In this document: piece by piece, positions 1 to 10,754 of the stretch
How positions within the stretch are numbered: position 1 is the stretch's first letter
How the letters are laid out: every line of letters starts with the position of its first letter
DNA from: Escherichia coli
GTDB taxonomy: Bacteria; Pseudomonadota; Gammaproteobacteria; Enterobacterales; Enterobacteriaceae
Assembly (NCBI RefSeq): GCF_001677475.2
Contig: NZ_CP012498.1
Strand: one strand, 5' to 3'
DNA length: 64,000 nt
Notes under the pieces: model-generated
What the model was told of the DNA's origin: nothing
Seen by the model: the letters and a program-made list of their open reading frames with translations, nothing else
Databases searched by the model: none
Program-made: the position numbers and the translations under genes

Positions 1-379
1 CCTGTCGCCGGGGGCAAAGACAGCCACAACCGTCTCCGCCAGTCCAGGGGTGAAATGCACATCCCACAAAAGTTTTTGCCCAAAAGCAGGCAAAAACTTT
101 TGCGGTCTGCCCCCGGACAGTCGTTTCCGGCCGTGGCAGTGATGCCCCTTGCGGCGAAGGTTCTCAAACGGGTGATGGTTAATACCGGAGGGAACAAAAG
201 ACAGGTCCCCGCAAAACGTCAAAACCGCGGCTCCCGAAACTCAACAGCTACCGTGTTTAGTCAAGAAAATTATGTGATGTTTGAACATTCCATCTTCAGG
301 AGAAATTTTCTCTGAGTTTTTATAAAAGAGCAGATGCTCAGTTAGATACCATGAAAGAAGGTAAAAGATACAAACATGT

Positions 380-1520
380 TGCTTCAGCATTGCTCCGGTG
401 TTATTGCTTACCATGTTGTTTTATAATGATTTTATTGATTGTATTCAGCATCGAATGGTAACTGCGTTTTCAGCACACCATAGCACCAGTGCACAAGTTT
501 TCGCATTAATGCTCCAATAGCACACATCTTTGACTTTCCCCTCTGGCATAACTTCGTATACATCTGTTTCATTACAGGGTTGAACCTCAGCCCACATAAA
601 GCTGCAAGATAAAGTTTTGTTCTTATCTCTGGTGGTCCAATTTTAGATAATTTAGGTTTTCCCTTTACAGATGTGCCAGATCTCCTTTCTACCGGAACTA
701 CACCAAGGAATGCTGCTGCCTGCTCTGCTGATTCGAATGAATGGCTTTTGAGTATCGCCAGCATATTTAATCCCAGCAGATAACCAACAGATTTTATTGA
801 TGTTAACAGTCTGAAATCCTGGTTTAGTTCCGGGTGAGTTTCAATATGTTCCTGGATCAGGACATCAAGATGTTCGATCTCATTGTTCAGCTCCTGAAGC
901 ATGTGTTCAATTGATGCCCTGACGGCATCAGGGCTGTCTGTAAAAACAGATTTTTCAAGTCTGTTTTTTTCTCTGGTGCTATCTGCAACAAGAGCGTCTC
1001 TGCGGCGTAAAAGAGCTCTAAGATACCGCACAGATTCCGGTGGTGGAGTCCATGCCTCAGGCTCTTTAAGGGAGCCATAACAAGCCAGCATCCAGGCATC
1101 GACTTTGTCATTCTTGGTCAGGATATTCATCCCTCTGGCAAATTCCCTTGTACGGTGAGGATTGGCTAAAGAAATTCTGGCGCCAGCAAAGTGAAGGCCA
1201 TAAGCCAGCGGTTCATGATATACCCCAGTGGCTTCCATGATGATATGAACTTCGCCCAGTTCACAGGATTGCTTCTTAAGCCACTCTGTCACGACTTTAG
1301 CCGCATCAGCGGTATTTTTTAGCTTACGAGTTTTGATCCTCCCTTTGATGCCCTCCCGTAAGAGACATAGATCAAGAGTGTTTTTACTGACATCAATACC
1401 TAATTGATACATTGGCATTTTTTCTCCTTTCACATAACCATCACGCCAATTTGTCTTGTTCATGCAGAGTCTTAGCTCTTGGCAACCGTTCAATGTTAAT
1501 GCTGGCGTGAAAGGTGAAGC
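380..1520 (-). mobile_element. IS110-family insertion sequence (boundaries approximate, no terminal repeats identified)
   Basis: Contains a single IS110-type transposase ORF; this family typically lacks clear inverted repeats, so ends are guessed from the ORF plus flanks. Confidence 0.35.
432..1418 (-). CDS. IS110-family (DEDD) transposase
   Basis: ORF 432..1493 on minus strand; N-terminus MPMYQLGIDVSKNTLD after an internal ATG preceded by RBS-like aggaga; overall length and motifs typical of IS110/IS1111 transposases. Confidence 0.8.
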   Translation of the reverse strand: MPMYQLGIDVSKNTLDLCLLREGIKGRIKTRKLKNTADAAKVVTEWLKKQSCELGEVHIIMEATGVYHEPLAYGLHFAGARISLANPHRTREFARGMNILTKNDKVDAWMLACYGSLKEPEAWTPPPESVRYLRALLRRRDALVADSTREKNRLEKSVFTDSPDAVRASIEHMLQELNNEIEHLDVLIQEHIETHPELNQDFRLLTSIKSVGYLLGLNMLAILKSHSFESAEQAAAFLGVVPVERRSGTSVKGKPKLSKIGPPEIRTKLYLAALCGLRFNPVMKQMYTKLCQRGKSKMCAIGALMRKLVHWCYGVLKTQLPFDAEYNQ

Positions 1521-1661
1521 AGAGGACTATAGCTGTTGACGAAGGTTATTACCTTAGATGATGGGGTAGGTTCTCTCCGCTTCATGCGATGGTAGCTAAT
1601 CATCGCTCGTTGATTACATACAAGATGATGGGGCTGAAAACCTGAGAGAGGAGAAAGCAGG

Positions 1662-1949
1662 ATGAGTACCCGAAATATCCACGTTAACACCGCGTCGTAC
1701 ACGCTTCTTGTTGCCGGGAAGAAAAAAAACACCGGGGAAGAGTGGGACGTCCTGGAATTCAGCAGCCTGACTGAGCTGAAAAAATATCGCAAAAGCCACC
1801 CGGAAAAGATGGCCTTCAGTTATAGCTACGCGCTCAGTCAGGGTGTGGATAAGCAGTTCCGCCATATCAACATTGCGGAAGCCGATCACTTCAAACAGTT
1901 CCTGCGTCAGATTAAGCGTGCCGGCCTCGATATCCGGGCGATCTGCTGA
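1662..1949 (+). CDS. conserved plasmid leading-region protein, function unknown
   Basis: 95-aa ORF with good RBS (gagaggag) 7 nt before ATG; position upstream of orf169/oriT as in F-like leading regions. Confidence 0.45.
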   Translation: MSTRNIHVNTASYTLLVAGKKKNTGEEWDVLEFSSLTELKKYRKSHPEKMAFSYSYALSQGVDKQFRHINIAEADHFKQFLRQIKRAGLDIRAIC

Positions 1950-2067
1950 CCGGATGTGATGAATATCCCTCCTGATTGTTGCAATCTTGTTAACGGAGAT
2001 CGGGAGGGATGATATTAAGCGGAAAAAATTTTTATTAAATTTATTCTTTCATAAAGGAGTAGCTGTT

Positions 2068-2889
2068 ATGCGATTAGCTTCCCGTTTTGGTCGGTATAAT
2101 TCCATCCGCCGTGAACGTCCTTTAACGGATGATGAATTAATGCAGTTCGTGCCTTCGGTATTTTCCGGTGATAAACATGAGTCCCGGAGTGAACGTTATA
2201 CGTATATTCCAACAATCAATATCATCAATAAGTTACGTGATGAAGGTTTCCAGCCATTCTTTGCCTGTCAGAGTCGGGTTCGTGATTTGGGACGTCGCGA
2301 ATACAGTAAACATATGTTACGTCTTCGCAGGGAAGGGAATATTAACGGGCAGGAAGTTCCTGAAATTATCCTGCTTAATTCACATGATGGTTCATCCAGT
2401 TATCAGATGATCCCCGGAATTTTTCGTTTTGTCTGCACAAATGGCCTGGTGTGCGGAAATAATTTTGGCGAAATCCGCGTTCCACATAAAGGTGATATTG
2501 TCGGGCAGGTTATCGAGGGAGCGTATGAAGTGCTCGGTGTTTTTGATAAGGTCACTGATAATATGGAGGCGATGAAAGAAATTCATCTTAACAGTGACGA
2601 GCAACATTTATTTGGCAGATCTGCACTGATGGTCAGGTATGAAGATGAAAATAAAACGCCAGTGACGCCTGAACAAATAATTACTCCCCGTCGTCGGGAA
2701 GATAAACAGAACGATCTCTGGACAACCTGTCAGCGGGTTCAGGAGAATATTATAAAAGGTGGATTGTCGGGGCGAAGTGCCTCCGGTAAAAATACCAGGA
2801 CAAGAGCCATTACAGGTATTGATGGTGATATCCGAATCAACAAGGCGTTATGGGTGATTGCCGAACAGTTCAGAAAGTGGAAATCATGA
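2068..2889 (+). CDS. conserved plasmid leading-region protein (tentatively DUF932-like), function unknown
   Basis: ORF 1987..2889; probable start at internal ATG 2068 preceded by aaggag RBS; family assignment is from memory only. Confidence 0.5.
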   Translation: MRLASRFGRYNSIRRERPLTDDELMQFVPSVFSGDKHESRSERYTYIPTINIINKLRDEGFQPFFACQSRVRDLGRREYSKHMLRLRREGNINGQEVPEIILLNSHDGSSSYQMIPGIFRFVCTNGLVCGNNFGEIRVPHKGDIVGQVIEGAYEVLGVFDKVTDNMEAMKEIHLNSDEQHLFGRSALMVRYEDENKTPVTPEQIITPRRREDKQNDLWTTCQRVQENIIKGGLSGRSASGKNTRTRAITGIDGDIRINKALWVIAEQFRKWKS

Positions 2890-2938
2890 TAATATAAGTA
2901 AAGCCCCGAAAATTTTCGGGGCTTTACTTATATTATCA
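2887..2938. terminator. perfect 26-bp-arm palindrome (likely bidirectional terminator)
   Basis: tgataatataagtaaagccccgaaaa / ttttcggggctttacttatattatca, begins at the stop codon of the upstream ORF. Confidence 0.6.
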
Positions 2939-3183
2939 TTCTTCGGCATCGCTGTGTCGTCTGATATACCTCAATTCCATCAACCGGCTTTCCGGTTGTC
3001 TGTAAATATTGTGCCCGCGAAAAATGGTCTGGCAGGAGGCTGCGCAGTTACCGGGTATATATAAGATGGGTTCCCGCTTCGCGGGGCTTCGGCCAGTCAG
3101 TATTGTCACTCATATGGTATTTTTGTGTGTGGCCTTCCATGCCTCTTTTGCGGCATAACCGGTATCTGACAATGTCTGTAAGA

Positions 3184-3693
3184 TTAATTGTTCTGCACGC
3201 TGTTAATTTCCGGAAGTGATTTCTTCGTGGCCGGAAGCCGGATACCTTTACTGCTTTTTATCCCGGTATAAATCCGGTAAACATCTGATGCGTAGGCAAG
3301 ACGTCTCTGGTTCTGGCGTTCGGTCTTCCTGAATCCGGCATTGTATGCACCAACGGCCTCCCAGGTGACGCCCCATTTTTTAAAGGCTATTGCCAGATAA
3401 TAAGCACCGGTATAAATGTTCATGCAGGGATCTGTTGTCAGATGTTCCGGCTTAATTCCGTAGCGGGCCAGTTCGTTAAAATGCTGGGAGTCTACCTGCA
3501 TCAGTCCGCTGCCATATCCCGTTACCGGATTAATACCGATGGCATTAACCCGGTAACGGGATTCTTTCCATGATATTGCTCTCAGTAAATCAGGATCTAT
3601 TTTGTAATCCCGGCCTGCAAGATCAAAGCAATCAGTGGCCTGGCAGATCTCATTTATAAACATCAGGCAGATGGCTAACATCCATTTTTTCAT
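3184..3693 (-). CDS. orf169: lytic transglycosylase orf169 (gene X / P19-like)
   Basis: 169 aa from internal start [13 protein letters not shown]-domain motifs ([18 protein letters not shown]); divergent from traM across oriT as in F. Confidence 0.9.
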   Translation of the reverse strand: MKKWMLAICLMFINEICQATDCFDLAGRDYKIDPDLLRAISWKESRYRVNAIGINPVTGYGSGLMQVDSQHFNELARYGIKPEHLTTDPCMNIYTGAYYLAIAFKKWGVTWEAVGAYNAGFRKTERQNQRRLAYASDVYRIYTGIKSSKGIRLPATKKSLPEINSVQNN

Positions 3694-4106
3694 TTTTCCA
3701 CCTCTGGTGACTTTATCTGTAAATAATTTAACCCACTCCACAAAAAGGCTCAACAGGTTGGTGGTTCTCACCACCAAAAGCACCACACCCCACGCAAAAA
3801 CAAGTTTTTGCTGATTTGCGTTTAATATCATTGAGTTGTATTTGTGGATTTATATTGTTTAAATCTGATTTATTTAAAGCAGCGTCGTTAACGCAGCTAC
3901 AGCAACGCGCCGACACCGCTTTGTAGGGGTGGTACTAACTATTTTTATAAAAAATATTATTTTATATTAGGGGGGCGGCTAGCGGCGCGGTGTATTTTTT
4001 TATAGGATACCGCCAGGGGCGCTGCTAGCGGTGCGTCCCTGCTTGCATTATGAACTCTAGTGTTTCGAAATTAACTTTATTTTATGTTCAAAAAAGGTAA
4101 TCTCTA
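3694..4106. other. oriT: origin of transfer oriT (nic site on the minus strand at about 3784/3785)
   Basis: Minus strand of 3750-3830 reads gcaaaaacttgtttttgcgtggggtgt|ggtgcttttggtggtgagaaccacc, which matches the F-plasmid nic region as recalled; GC-rich direct repeats (gctagcgg) at 3960-4045 next to traM. Confidence 0.85.
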
Positions 4107-4490
4107 ATGGCTAAGGTGAACCTGTATATCAGCAATGATGCTTATGAAAAAATAAATGTGATTATTGAGAAGCGTCGACAGGAAGGGGCAAGAGAAAAAG
4201 ATATCAGTTTTTCAGCAACAGCTTCAATGCTTCTTGAACTGGGGCTTCGTGTATATGAAGCTCAGATGGAGCGTAAAGAGTCCGCGTTTAATCAAATTGA
4301 GTTTAATAAATTACTTCTTGAATGCGTTGTAAAAACACAATCATCAGTAGCGAAAATTTTGGGTATTGAGTCTCTCAGTCCTCATGTCTCCGGAAATCCA
4401 AAGTTTGAATATGCCAATATGGTTGAAGATATCCGGGAGAAGGTGTCATCTGAGATGGAACGATTTTTTCCAAAAAATGATGAGAAATAA
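4107..4490 (+). CDS. traM: TraM, relaxosome accessory protein
   Basis: 127 aa, near-identical to F TraM as recalled (MAKVNLYISNDAYEKINVIIEKRRQEGAREKD...). Confidence 0.95.
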   Translation: MAKVNLYISNDAYEKINVIIEKRRQEGAREKDISFSATASMLLELGLRVYEAQMERKESAFNQIEFNKLLLECVVKTQSSVAKILGIESLSPHVSGNPKFEYANMVEDIREKVSSEMERFFPKNDEK

Positions 4491-4611
4491 AAAAGAATTA
4501 AAAGTTGATTTTATTCAAATAACAGAATATTGATCTGGTTCTATTTGATGACAATTAACCACATAACGAGTATATTAATTATGTGGTTAATGCCACGTTA
4601 AAATTTGAACT

Positions 4612-4690
4612 TGAAAATCGCCGATGCAGGGAGGGACAAGCTCCCTGCATCGGCTGTCCATAGAATCCTTTGAGGAGGTTCCTATGTGTG
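4612..4690 (-). ncRNA. finP: FinP antisense RNA (coordinates approximate)
   Basis: Antisense to the traJ leader; stem-loop ccgatgcagggag-ggacaag-ctccctgcatcgg (4621-4653) followed on the antisense strand by a U-run (terminator); second imperfect hairpin spans the traJ RBS. Confidence 0.6.
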
Positions 4691-5331
4691 CGATGGATAC
4701 TAGAGAAAGAGCACTCATACGTCAATCAGGCCTGCCGGAAATTATTTTATCCGCAAAATATCCAGTCTGTGTCCGCACAGAGTCAGGAAAATTCATAGAC
4801 TCAAACTCTGTTTTTTTACACTCAATAAAGTGTCAGAATTGTGATTCTGAAATATGGTTTTCTGGTATTGATATTGATACGCAAATTTTATTTCAGACTG
4901 CTGAAGTTGATGCTTTTTCGTCCTCAAATGGAGTGAGCATTATTAATGGTGTAATATTGAATGATGTATCATGGGATGTGGTGGTTGAAAGAACTGAAGT
5001 GAATAACTTGAATTTGTTTGTCTGGAGATTTTTCGAAAGATACGTAGTTAGTAGCTTTTTTATAAAGGGAAAGGAGTTTTGTTGTGAATCTGATAAATAT
5101 CGCTTTAATAAGATAATACCGTATCTTTTGGGTTATAGTCATGAGTATTCTGCTCAAAGAATGGATGTCTCTATTGACCAATCTAAAAAAATATTTATGA
5201 ATTTTAAAAAACACTATGGTTTCTCAGATAGGGATGAGTGGTTGCGATATGCTATAATTTCTGATGTGTTGTTTTATCTATATCAATACTTCGCGAGTAA
5301 TATTAACAACCTTCACTCTAAAGAAATGTAA
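4684..5331 (+). CDS. traJ: TraJ, transfer operon activator (allele distinct from F TraJ)
   Basis: Position between finP and traY; start at internal ATG 4684 with gaggagg RBS; sequence divergent from F TraJ, as expected for this allelic gene. Confidence 0.8.
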   Translation: MCAMDTRERALIRQSGLPEIILSAKYPVCVRTESGKFIDSNSVFLHSIKCQNCDSEIWFSGIDIDTQILFQTAEVDAFSSSNGVSIINGVILNDVSWDVVVERTEVNNLNLFVWRFFERYVVSSFFIKGKEFCCESDKYRFNKIIPYLLGYSHEYSAQRMDVSIDQSKKIFMNFKKHYGFSDRDEWLRYAIISDVLFYLYQYFASNINNLHSKEM

Positions 5332-5449
5332 GTATTCTCGGCACTAAAAGTGCCGGTTTTTGTCAACGTAATTTACTATTTTGTTGTTTGTTTTGTGTGC
5401 GTCTTATGTAAATATTTTGACTAAATCTCTTTTATTTATGGGAGGGAGG

Positions 5450-5677
5450 GTGATTAAAGGAGCTTTAAGATCTGCACCAAGTAGAAAGGTTTTACTTACC
5501 CTTGACGAGGAAACGAATAAATTATTACTTGGAGCCAGAGAGCGTAGTGGAAGAACGAAAACAAATGAAGCATTAGTGAGGTTGCAGGATCATTTGCAAC
5601 GTTATCCCGATTTTTATAATGAAGAAATATTCAGGGAGGTGACCGAAGAGAGCGAGTCAACATTTAAAGAGCTTTAG
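5450..5677 (+). CDS. traY: TraY, relaxosome accessory protein (short R100-like form, GTG start)
   Basis: C-terminal LKDHLQRYPDFYNEEIFREVTEESESTFKEL-type sequence; gggaggg RBS then GTG gives 75 aa. Confidence 0.7.
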   Translation: MIKGALRSAPSRKVLLTLDEETNKLLLGARERSGRTKTNEALVRLQDHLQRYPDFYNEEIFREVTEESESTFKEL

Positions 5678-5710
5678 TTTTTATCTATCAATATTAAACA
5701 GAGGAATCAT

Positions 5711-6070
5711 ATGGACGCCGTTTTAAGTGTTCAGGGTGCTTCTGCGCCCGTCAAAAAGAAGTCGTTTTTTTCTAAATTCACTCGTCTGAATATGCTTCGC
5801 CTGGTTCGTGCTGTGATCCCGGCTGCTGTGCTGATGATGTTCTTCCCTCAGGCGGCCCTGGCTGCTGGCGGTCAGGACCTCATGCAGTCCGGTAATGACA
5901 CCGTCAAAGCCACCTTTGGTAAGGACTCCAGTATTGTTAAATGGGTCGTTCTGGCTGAAGTGCTGGTCGGGGCGGTCATGTACATGATGACCAAAAACGT
6001 CAAGTTCCTGGCCGGTTTTGCCATCATATCTGTATTTATTGCTATAGGTATGACCGTCGTTGGCCTCTGA
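5711..6070 (+). CDS. traA: TraA propilin (F-pilin)
   Basis: Near-identical to F propilin as recalled ([31 protein letters not shown]...). Confidence 0.95.
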   Translation: MDAVLSVQGASAPVKKKSFFSKFTRLNMLRLVRAVIPAAVLMMFFPQAALAAGGQDLMQSGNDTVKATFGKDSSIVKWVVLAEVLVGAVMYMMTKNVKFLAGFAIISVFIAIGMTVVGL

Positions 6071-6084
6071 CAGGAAATAAAACG

Positions 6085-6396
6085 ATGTCGGGAGACGAGA
6101 ATAAACTTAAGAAATATCGTTTCCCGGAAACACTGACCAACCAGAGCCGCTGGTTTGGCCTGCCACTGGATGAACTGATCCCCGCAGCGATCTGTATTGG
6201 CTGGGGTATCACAACATCGAAATATCTTTTCGGTATTGGTGCAGCGGTTCTGGTTTATTTCGGAATTAAAAAACTGAAAAAAGGGCGGGGCAGCTCCTGG
6301 TTACGGGATCTTGTTTACTGGTATATGCCAACAGTCCTGCTTCGCGGTATTTTTCATAATGTTCCTGATTCGTGTTTCCGGCAGTGGATTAAATAG
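6085..6396 (+). CDS. traL: TraL, pilus assembly
   Basis: Matches F TraL ([30 protein letters not shown]...). Confidence 0.9.
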   Translation: MSGDENKLKKYRFPETLTNQSRWFGLPLDELIPAAICIGWGITTSKYLFGIGAAVLVYFGIKKLKKGRGSSWLRDLVYWYMPTVLLRGIFHNVPDSCFRQWIK

Positions 6397-6417
6397 AACT
6401 GATACCTGGATTGTTAT

Positions 6418-6984
6418 ATGGAACACGGTGCCCGCTTAAGTACCAGTCGTGTACTGGCCATTGCTTTTATATTTATGTCCCTGCTCATTGTTCTCAGTCT
6501 GGCTGTTAACGTGATTCAGGGGGTGAATAATTACCGCCTTCAGAATGAACAGCGTACTGCCGTGACACCGATGGGGTTTAATATGCCCTTTGCGGTATCA
6601 CAGAACAGTGCTGATGCCTCTTTTTTGCAGCAGATGGCACTGGCGTTTATTGCCCTGCGCCTGAATGTCTCACCGGAAATTGTCGATGCTTCTCACCAGG
6701 CACTTCTGCAGTATATCCGTCCGGGCGCACAGAACCAGATGAAAGTGATTCTGGCCGAAGAAGCAAAGCTCATCAAAAAAGATAACGTGAATTCTGCTTT
6801 TTTCCAGACCAGTGTTCGTGTCTGGCCACAATATGGTCGTGTGGAAATCCGGGGGATTCGGAAAACATGGATTGGTAACTCCGAACCTTTCACTGATATC
6901 AAACATTACATTCTTATTCTGAAACGGGAAAACGGGGTGACCTGGCTGGATAATTTCGGGGAAACAGACGATGAGAAAAAATAA
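6418..6984 (+). CDS. traE: TraE, pilus assembly
   Basis: 188 aa, N-terminal TM, F TraE-like, conserved position. Confidence 0.9.
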   Translation: MEHGARLSTSRVLAIAFIFMSLLIVLSLAVNVIQGVNNYRLQNEQRTAVTPMGFNMPFAVSQNSADASFLQQMALAFIALRLNVSPEIVDASHQALLQYIRPGAQNQMKVILAEEAKLIKKDNVNSAFFQTSVRVWPQYGRVEIRGIRKTWIGNSEPFTDIKHYILILKRENGVTWLDNFGETDDEKK

Positions 6985-7699
6985 GACACTAATAATATCC
7001 GCCTGCCTGCTTTTTTCCGGCAGCGTGCTGGCAGGAAACGGCACACTGGCACCTACAGTGGTTCCGATGGTCAATGGCGGTCAGGCAAGTATTGCCATCA
7101 GTAATACCAGCCCGAATCTGTTTACTGTCCCCGGTGACCGGATTATCGCCGTGAACAGTCTGGATGGTGCGCTGACCAATAATGAGCAGACTGCGTCCGG
7201 TGGTGTGGTGGTGGCCACCGTCAACAAAAAGCCTTTTACGTTCATTCTGGAAACAGAACGTGGTCTTAACCTTTCCATTCAGGCCGTTCCCCGTGAAGGA
7301 GCCGGGCGTACCATTCAGCTGGTCAGCGATTTGCGCGGAACAGGAGAAACTGCCGGTGCATGGGAAACATCCACGCCTTACGAATCCCTGCTGGTTTCCA
7401 TCAGTCAGGCGGTCCGTGCCGGAAAACTGCCAGAAGGCTGGTATCAGATCCCCGTGACACAGGAAACCCTGCAGGCCCCTGCCGGAATGTCCGCAAAAGC
7501 TGAAGCCGTATGGACGGGGAATCACCTGAAGATGGTGCGCTTTACCGTGGAAAATAAAACGCTGTCTGCGCTGAATATCCGGGAAAGTGATTTCTGGCAG
7601 CCGGGAACCCGGGCGGTGATGTTCAGCCAGCCTGTCAGCCAGTTACTGGCCGCTGCCCGTATGGATGTGTACGTCATTCGTGACGGGGAGGGCAACTGA
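6971..7699 (+). CDS. traK: TraK, secretin-like pilus assembly protein
   Basis: 242 aa with signal peptide, F TraK-like; overlaps traE stop and traB start. Confidence 0.9.
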   Translation: MRKNKTLIISACLLFSGSVLAGNGTLAPTVVPMVNGGQASIAISNTSPNLFTVPGDRIIAVNSLDGALTNNEQTASGGVVVATVNKKPFTFILETERGLNLSIQAVPREGAGRTIQLVSDLRGTGETAGAWETSTPYESLLVSISQAVRAGKLPEGWYQIPVTQETLQAPAGMSAKAEAVWTGNHLKMVRFTVENKTLSALNIRESDFWQPGTRAVMFSQPVSQLLAAARMDVYVIRDGEGN

Positions 7700-9114
7700 T
7701 GGCCAGTATCAATACCATTGTGAAACGCAAGCAGTTCCTGTGGCTGGGGATTGTGATTGTCGGATCGGTATCAGCAATTGGTGGTGCGCTTTATCTGTCT
7801 GATATGGATATGTCCGGGAACACTGATGCCGTTGCAGAGCAGGAACCTGTACCGGATATGACCGGTGTTGTGGATACCACCTTTGATGACAAGGTGCGTC
7901 AGCATGCCACCACAGAGATGCAGGTGACGGCGGCACAGATGCAGAAGCAGTATGAGGAAATCCGTCGTGAGATGGATGTTCTGAACAAACAGCGTGGTGA
8001 TGACCAGCGTCGCATTGAACTGGGGCAGGAGAATGCTGCGCTGGCAGAGCAGGTGAAAGCCCTGGGCGCGAATCCCGTGACAGTGACCGGAGAGCCTGTG
8101 CCACAGATGCCGGCATCCCCTCCCGGTCCGGAGGGGGAGCCTCAGCCCGGTAATGCGCCCGTTGCTTTTCCGCCGCAGGGGGCAGGTGCTGTGCCACCGC
8201 CCACCGCGTTCTATCCGGGCAACGGAGCCACGCCGCCGCCACAGGTGACGTACCAGTCTGTGCCGGTGCCGAACCGGATACAGCGTAAAACGTTCAGCTA
8301 TGATGCCGGCACAAAGCAAACTCCGTCCCTGCCGTACATTCCGTCAGGCAGTTTTGCGAAAGCCATTCTGATTGAAGGGGCGGATGCCAATGCCTCTGTC
8401 ACCGGTAATGAATCCACGGTGCCGATGCAGCTGCGTATCACCGGTCTGGTGGAAATGCCGAACAGCAAAACCTATGACGCAACGGGATGCTTTGTTGGGC
8501 TGGAAGCCTGGGGGGATGTTTCCAGTGAGCGTGCCATCGTGCGTACCCGCAATATCAGTTGCCTGAAGGAGGGTAAAACCATCGATATGCCGGTTAAAGG
8601 GCATGTCAGCTTCCGGGGTAAAAACGGTATCAAGGGTGAAGTGGTGATGCGTAACGGCAAAATCCTCGGCTGGGCATGGGGGGCTGGATTTGTTGATGGT
8701 ATCGGCCAGGGAATGGAACGTGCTTCACAGCCTGCTGTCGGGCTGGGAGCCACTGCCGCTTACGCGGCCGGTGATGTGCTGAAAATGGGTATCGGTGGCG
8801 GTGCATCGAAAGCGGCACAGACCCTCAGTGACTACTACATCAAACGCGCTGAGCAGTATCACCCGGTGATACCCATCGGGGCGGGTAATGAAGTGACCGT
8901 GGTGTTCCAGGACGGTTTCCAGCTGAAAACCGTGGAAGAGATGGCGCAGGAGCAGGCGGAAGAGAGTAACCCGGGAAGTCCCGTGCCGAACCCGCCATCC
9001 GCAGAGAGTCACCTGAATGGTCTGAATACCGACCAGATGCTGAAGCAGCTGGGCGACCTGAATCCGCAGCAGTTTATGGCCGGTGGTCAGGAAGGGGGCA
9101 ACGATGGCAAATAA
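7699..9114 (+). CDS. traB: TraB, VirB10-like
   Basis: 471 aa, proline-rich linker and C-terminal VirB10 domain; start overlaps traK stop (TGATG). Confidence 0.9.
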   Translation: MASINTIVKRKQFLWLGIVIVGSVSAIGGALYLSDMDMSGNTDAVAEQEPVPDMTGVVDTTFDDKVRQHATTEMQVTAAQMQKQYEEIRREMDVLNKQRGDDQRRIELGQENAALAEQVKALGANPVTVTGEPVPQMPASPPGPEGEPQPGNAPVAFPPQGAGAVPPPTAFYPGNGATPPPQVTYQSVPVPNRIQRKTFSYDAGTKQTPSLPYIPSGSFAKAILIEGADANASVTGNESTVPMQLRITGLVEMPNSKTYDATGCFVGLEAWGDVSSERAIVRTRNISCLKEGKTIDMPVKGHVSFRGKNGIKGEVVMRNGKILGWAWGAGFVDGIGQGMERASQPAVGLGATAAYAAGDVLKMGIGGGASKAAQTLSDYYIKRAEQYHPVIPIGAGNEVTVVFQDGFQLKTVEEMAQEQAEESNPGSPVPNPPSAESHLNGLNTDQMLKQLGDLNPQQFMAGGQEGGNDGK

Positions 9115-9691
9115 TACGTCGTCCTGTCAGGCGTGCCATGCCGCCCGGTATGTTGTCGCCCGGGTTCTGAGTGGACTGTTCTGGTGTCTGAAATACACCG
9201 TCATTCTGCCACTGGCCACAATGGCCCTGATGGCGTTATTTGTTTTATGGAAGGACAACACCACGCCGGGGAAATTACTGGTTCAGGAGATTAACTTTGT
9301 AAGACAGACAGCCACTGCCGGGCAGTTTCCGGTCAGTGAATGCCGGTTTTCTTCCTCAGACCTTCCCGGAGCAGAAGAAAAAGAAATCTGCCATTACCGC
9401 AATGCTGGAGCCACAGAGTATGCCTGGGAGACTGACCGGTCACTGATGCAACTGGTCACCGCATTATGGGCAACACTGGCACTGATGTTTATGTTGTTTG
9501 CGGCAGGTACCGGGAAATATCCGATGTGGCCCGGAAAAATGAAATGTGTCCAGGTGGGAACCGCAGATGAACGACTGAGGGAAGTACTTGCTGAAGACGC
9601 TTCCCTGCCGGGAAAAATCAGGAAATGCCATGCTTATTTCCCTGATAACAGAACAAACAGAAACAACGGAGATAAAAATGAACATGCGTAA
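9104..9691 (+). CDS. traP: TraP
   Basis: F TraP-like; start placed at ATG 9104 with gaaggggg RBS. Confidence 0.75.
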   Translation: MANNTSSCQACHAARYVVARVLSGLFWCLKYTVILPLATMALMALFVLWKDNTTPGKLLVQEINFVRQTATAGQFPVSECRFSSSDLPGAEEKEICHYRNAGATEYAWETDRSLMQLVTALWATLALMFMLFAAGTGKYPMWPGKMKCVQVGTADERLREVLAEDASLPGKIRKCHAYFPDNRTNRNNGDKNEHA

Positions 9692-9998
9692 TATTCATGT
9701 TATTACTGCCCTCTCTGTGCCGGGTAAAACCGTGTCAGATGATTTTATTCATGCTGTTCTCAGTAACTGCGCCACAAGAATCGTACTTCCTGCACCGAAG
9801 GAATTCAGTCCTGAATCATTGCCGCGCAAATTTAATATGGCTGCTGTCGGTGTGATGAAGAAGGGAATGTCGATGAGTTTATTTTCTTCTCCGGGACATA
9901 TTGTGGTTGCCGGACAATCCGGTGGCGGAAAATCTGTTCCGGTGAAAGAACTAATCGACAGAATTATTCAGAAATATAAGGAACCCTTCGATGAATAA
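9678..9998 (+). CDS. trbD: TrbD (positional call)
   Basis: Internal ATG 9678 preceded by ggaga RBS; position between traP and trbG. Confidence 0.55.
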   Translation: MNMRNIHVITALSVPGKTVSDDFIHAVLSNCATRIVLPAPKEFSPESLPRKFNMAAVGVMKKGMSMSLFSSPGHIVVAGQSGGGKSVPVKELIDRIIQKYKEPFDE

Positions 9999-10242
9999 GC
10001 TGGTTTCTGATGGCAGCGTCAAAAAAATAAATTATCCGGTGCTGTATGAGTCCGGAATAACACCTCCGTTATGTGAAGTCAGTGCACCAGAACCTGATGC
10101 GGGGGGGAAACGCATTGTGGCATATGTTTATAAATCATCACGGAATACGGTTTTTGAAAATCCTGACATTGTAAAAACCTGTACGGTCAGGGATTTGAAG
10201 AATGATTTTGTGAGCTGCGATGAGAAAGGTGAGGGACAATGA
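9991..10242 (+). CDS. trbG: TrbG
   Basis: 83 aa, size and position as F TrbG. Confidence 0.7.
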   Translation: MNKLVSDGSVKKINYPVLYESGITPPLCEVSAPEPDAGGKRIVAYVYKSSRNTVFENPDIVKTCTVRDLKNDFVSCDEKGEGQ

Positions 10243-10754
10243 AACAGATTTCTTTATTTATTCCTCTGCTGGGGACCTTATTACTTTCTGGCTGTGCCGG
10301 AACGAACTCCGATTTTGAGTGTGATGCCACCACATCCGATACCTGTATGACGATGGAGCAGGCCAATGAGAAGGCCAAAAAACTGGAGCAGTCCTCAGAA
10401 GCAAAGCCGGTTGCGGCATCACTGCCGCGCCTGGCTGACGGGAACTTCCGGACCACGTCGGTGCAGGCCGTTGCGACGACAACGCCGTCCCGCAGCAGGC
10501 CTGCTGTGACAGCACTTCCAGAGCAGAAACTGCTGGCACCACGCCCGCTGTTTACCGCTGCCCGGGAAGTGAAAACGGTTGTTCCGGTCAGTTCAGTTAC
10601 GCCGGTAACACCTCCCCGTCCGCTAAGAACGGGTGAGCAGACGGCAGCATTATGGATAGCGCCTTATATTGATAATCAGGATGTTTATCATCAGCCATCC
10701 AGTGTGTTTTTTGTTATTAAACCGTCTGCGTGGGGAAAACCACGTATTAATTAA
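10239..10754 (+). CDS. traV: TraV lipoprotein
   Basis: 171 aa, lipobox LLSGC, F TraV-like. Confidence 0.9.
   Translation: MKQISLFIPLLGTLLLSGCAGTNSDFECDATTSDTCMTMEQANEKAKKLEQSSEAKPVAASLPRLADGNFRTTSVQAVATTTPSRSRPAVTALPEQKLLAPRPLFTAAREVKTVVPVSSVTPVTPPRPLRTGEQTAALWIAPYIDNQDVYHQPSSVFFVIKPSAWGKPRIN

Noticed and set aside
55..315. 86-aa ORF at the left edge
   Set aside because: No RBS, basic low-complexity translation, no similarity to anything recognised
7709..8319. Minus-strand ORFs (177 and 182 aa) inside traB
   Set aside because: Antisense to the GC-rich proline-rich region of traB; Arg/His-rich translations typical of antisense artefacts
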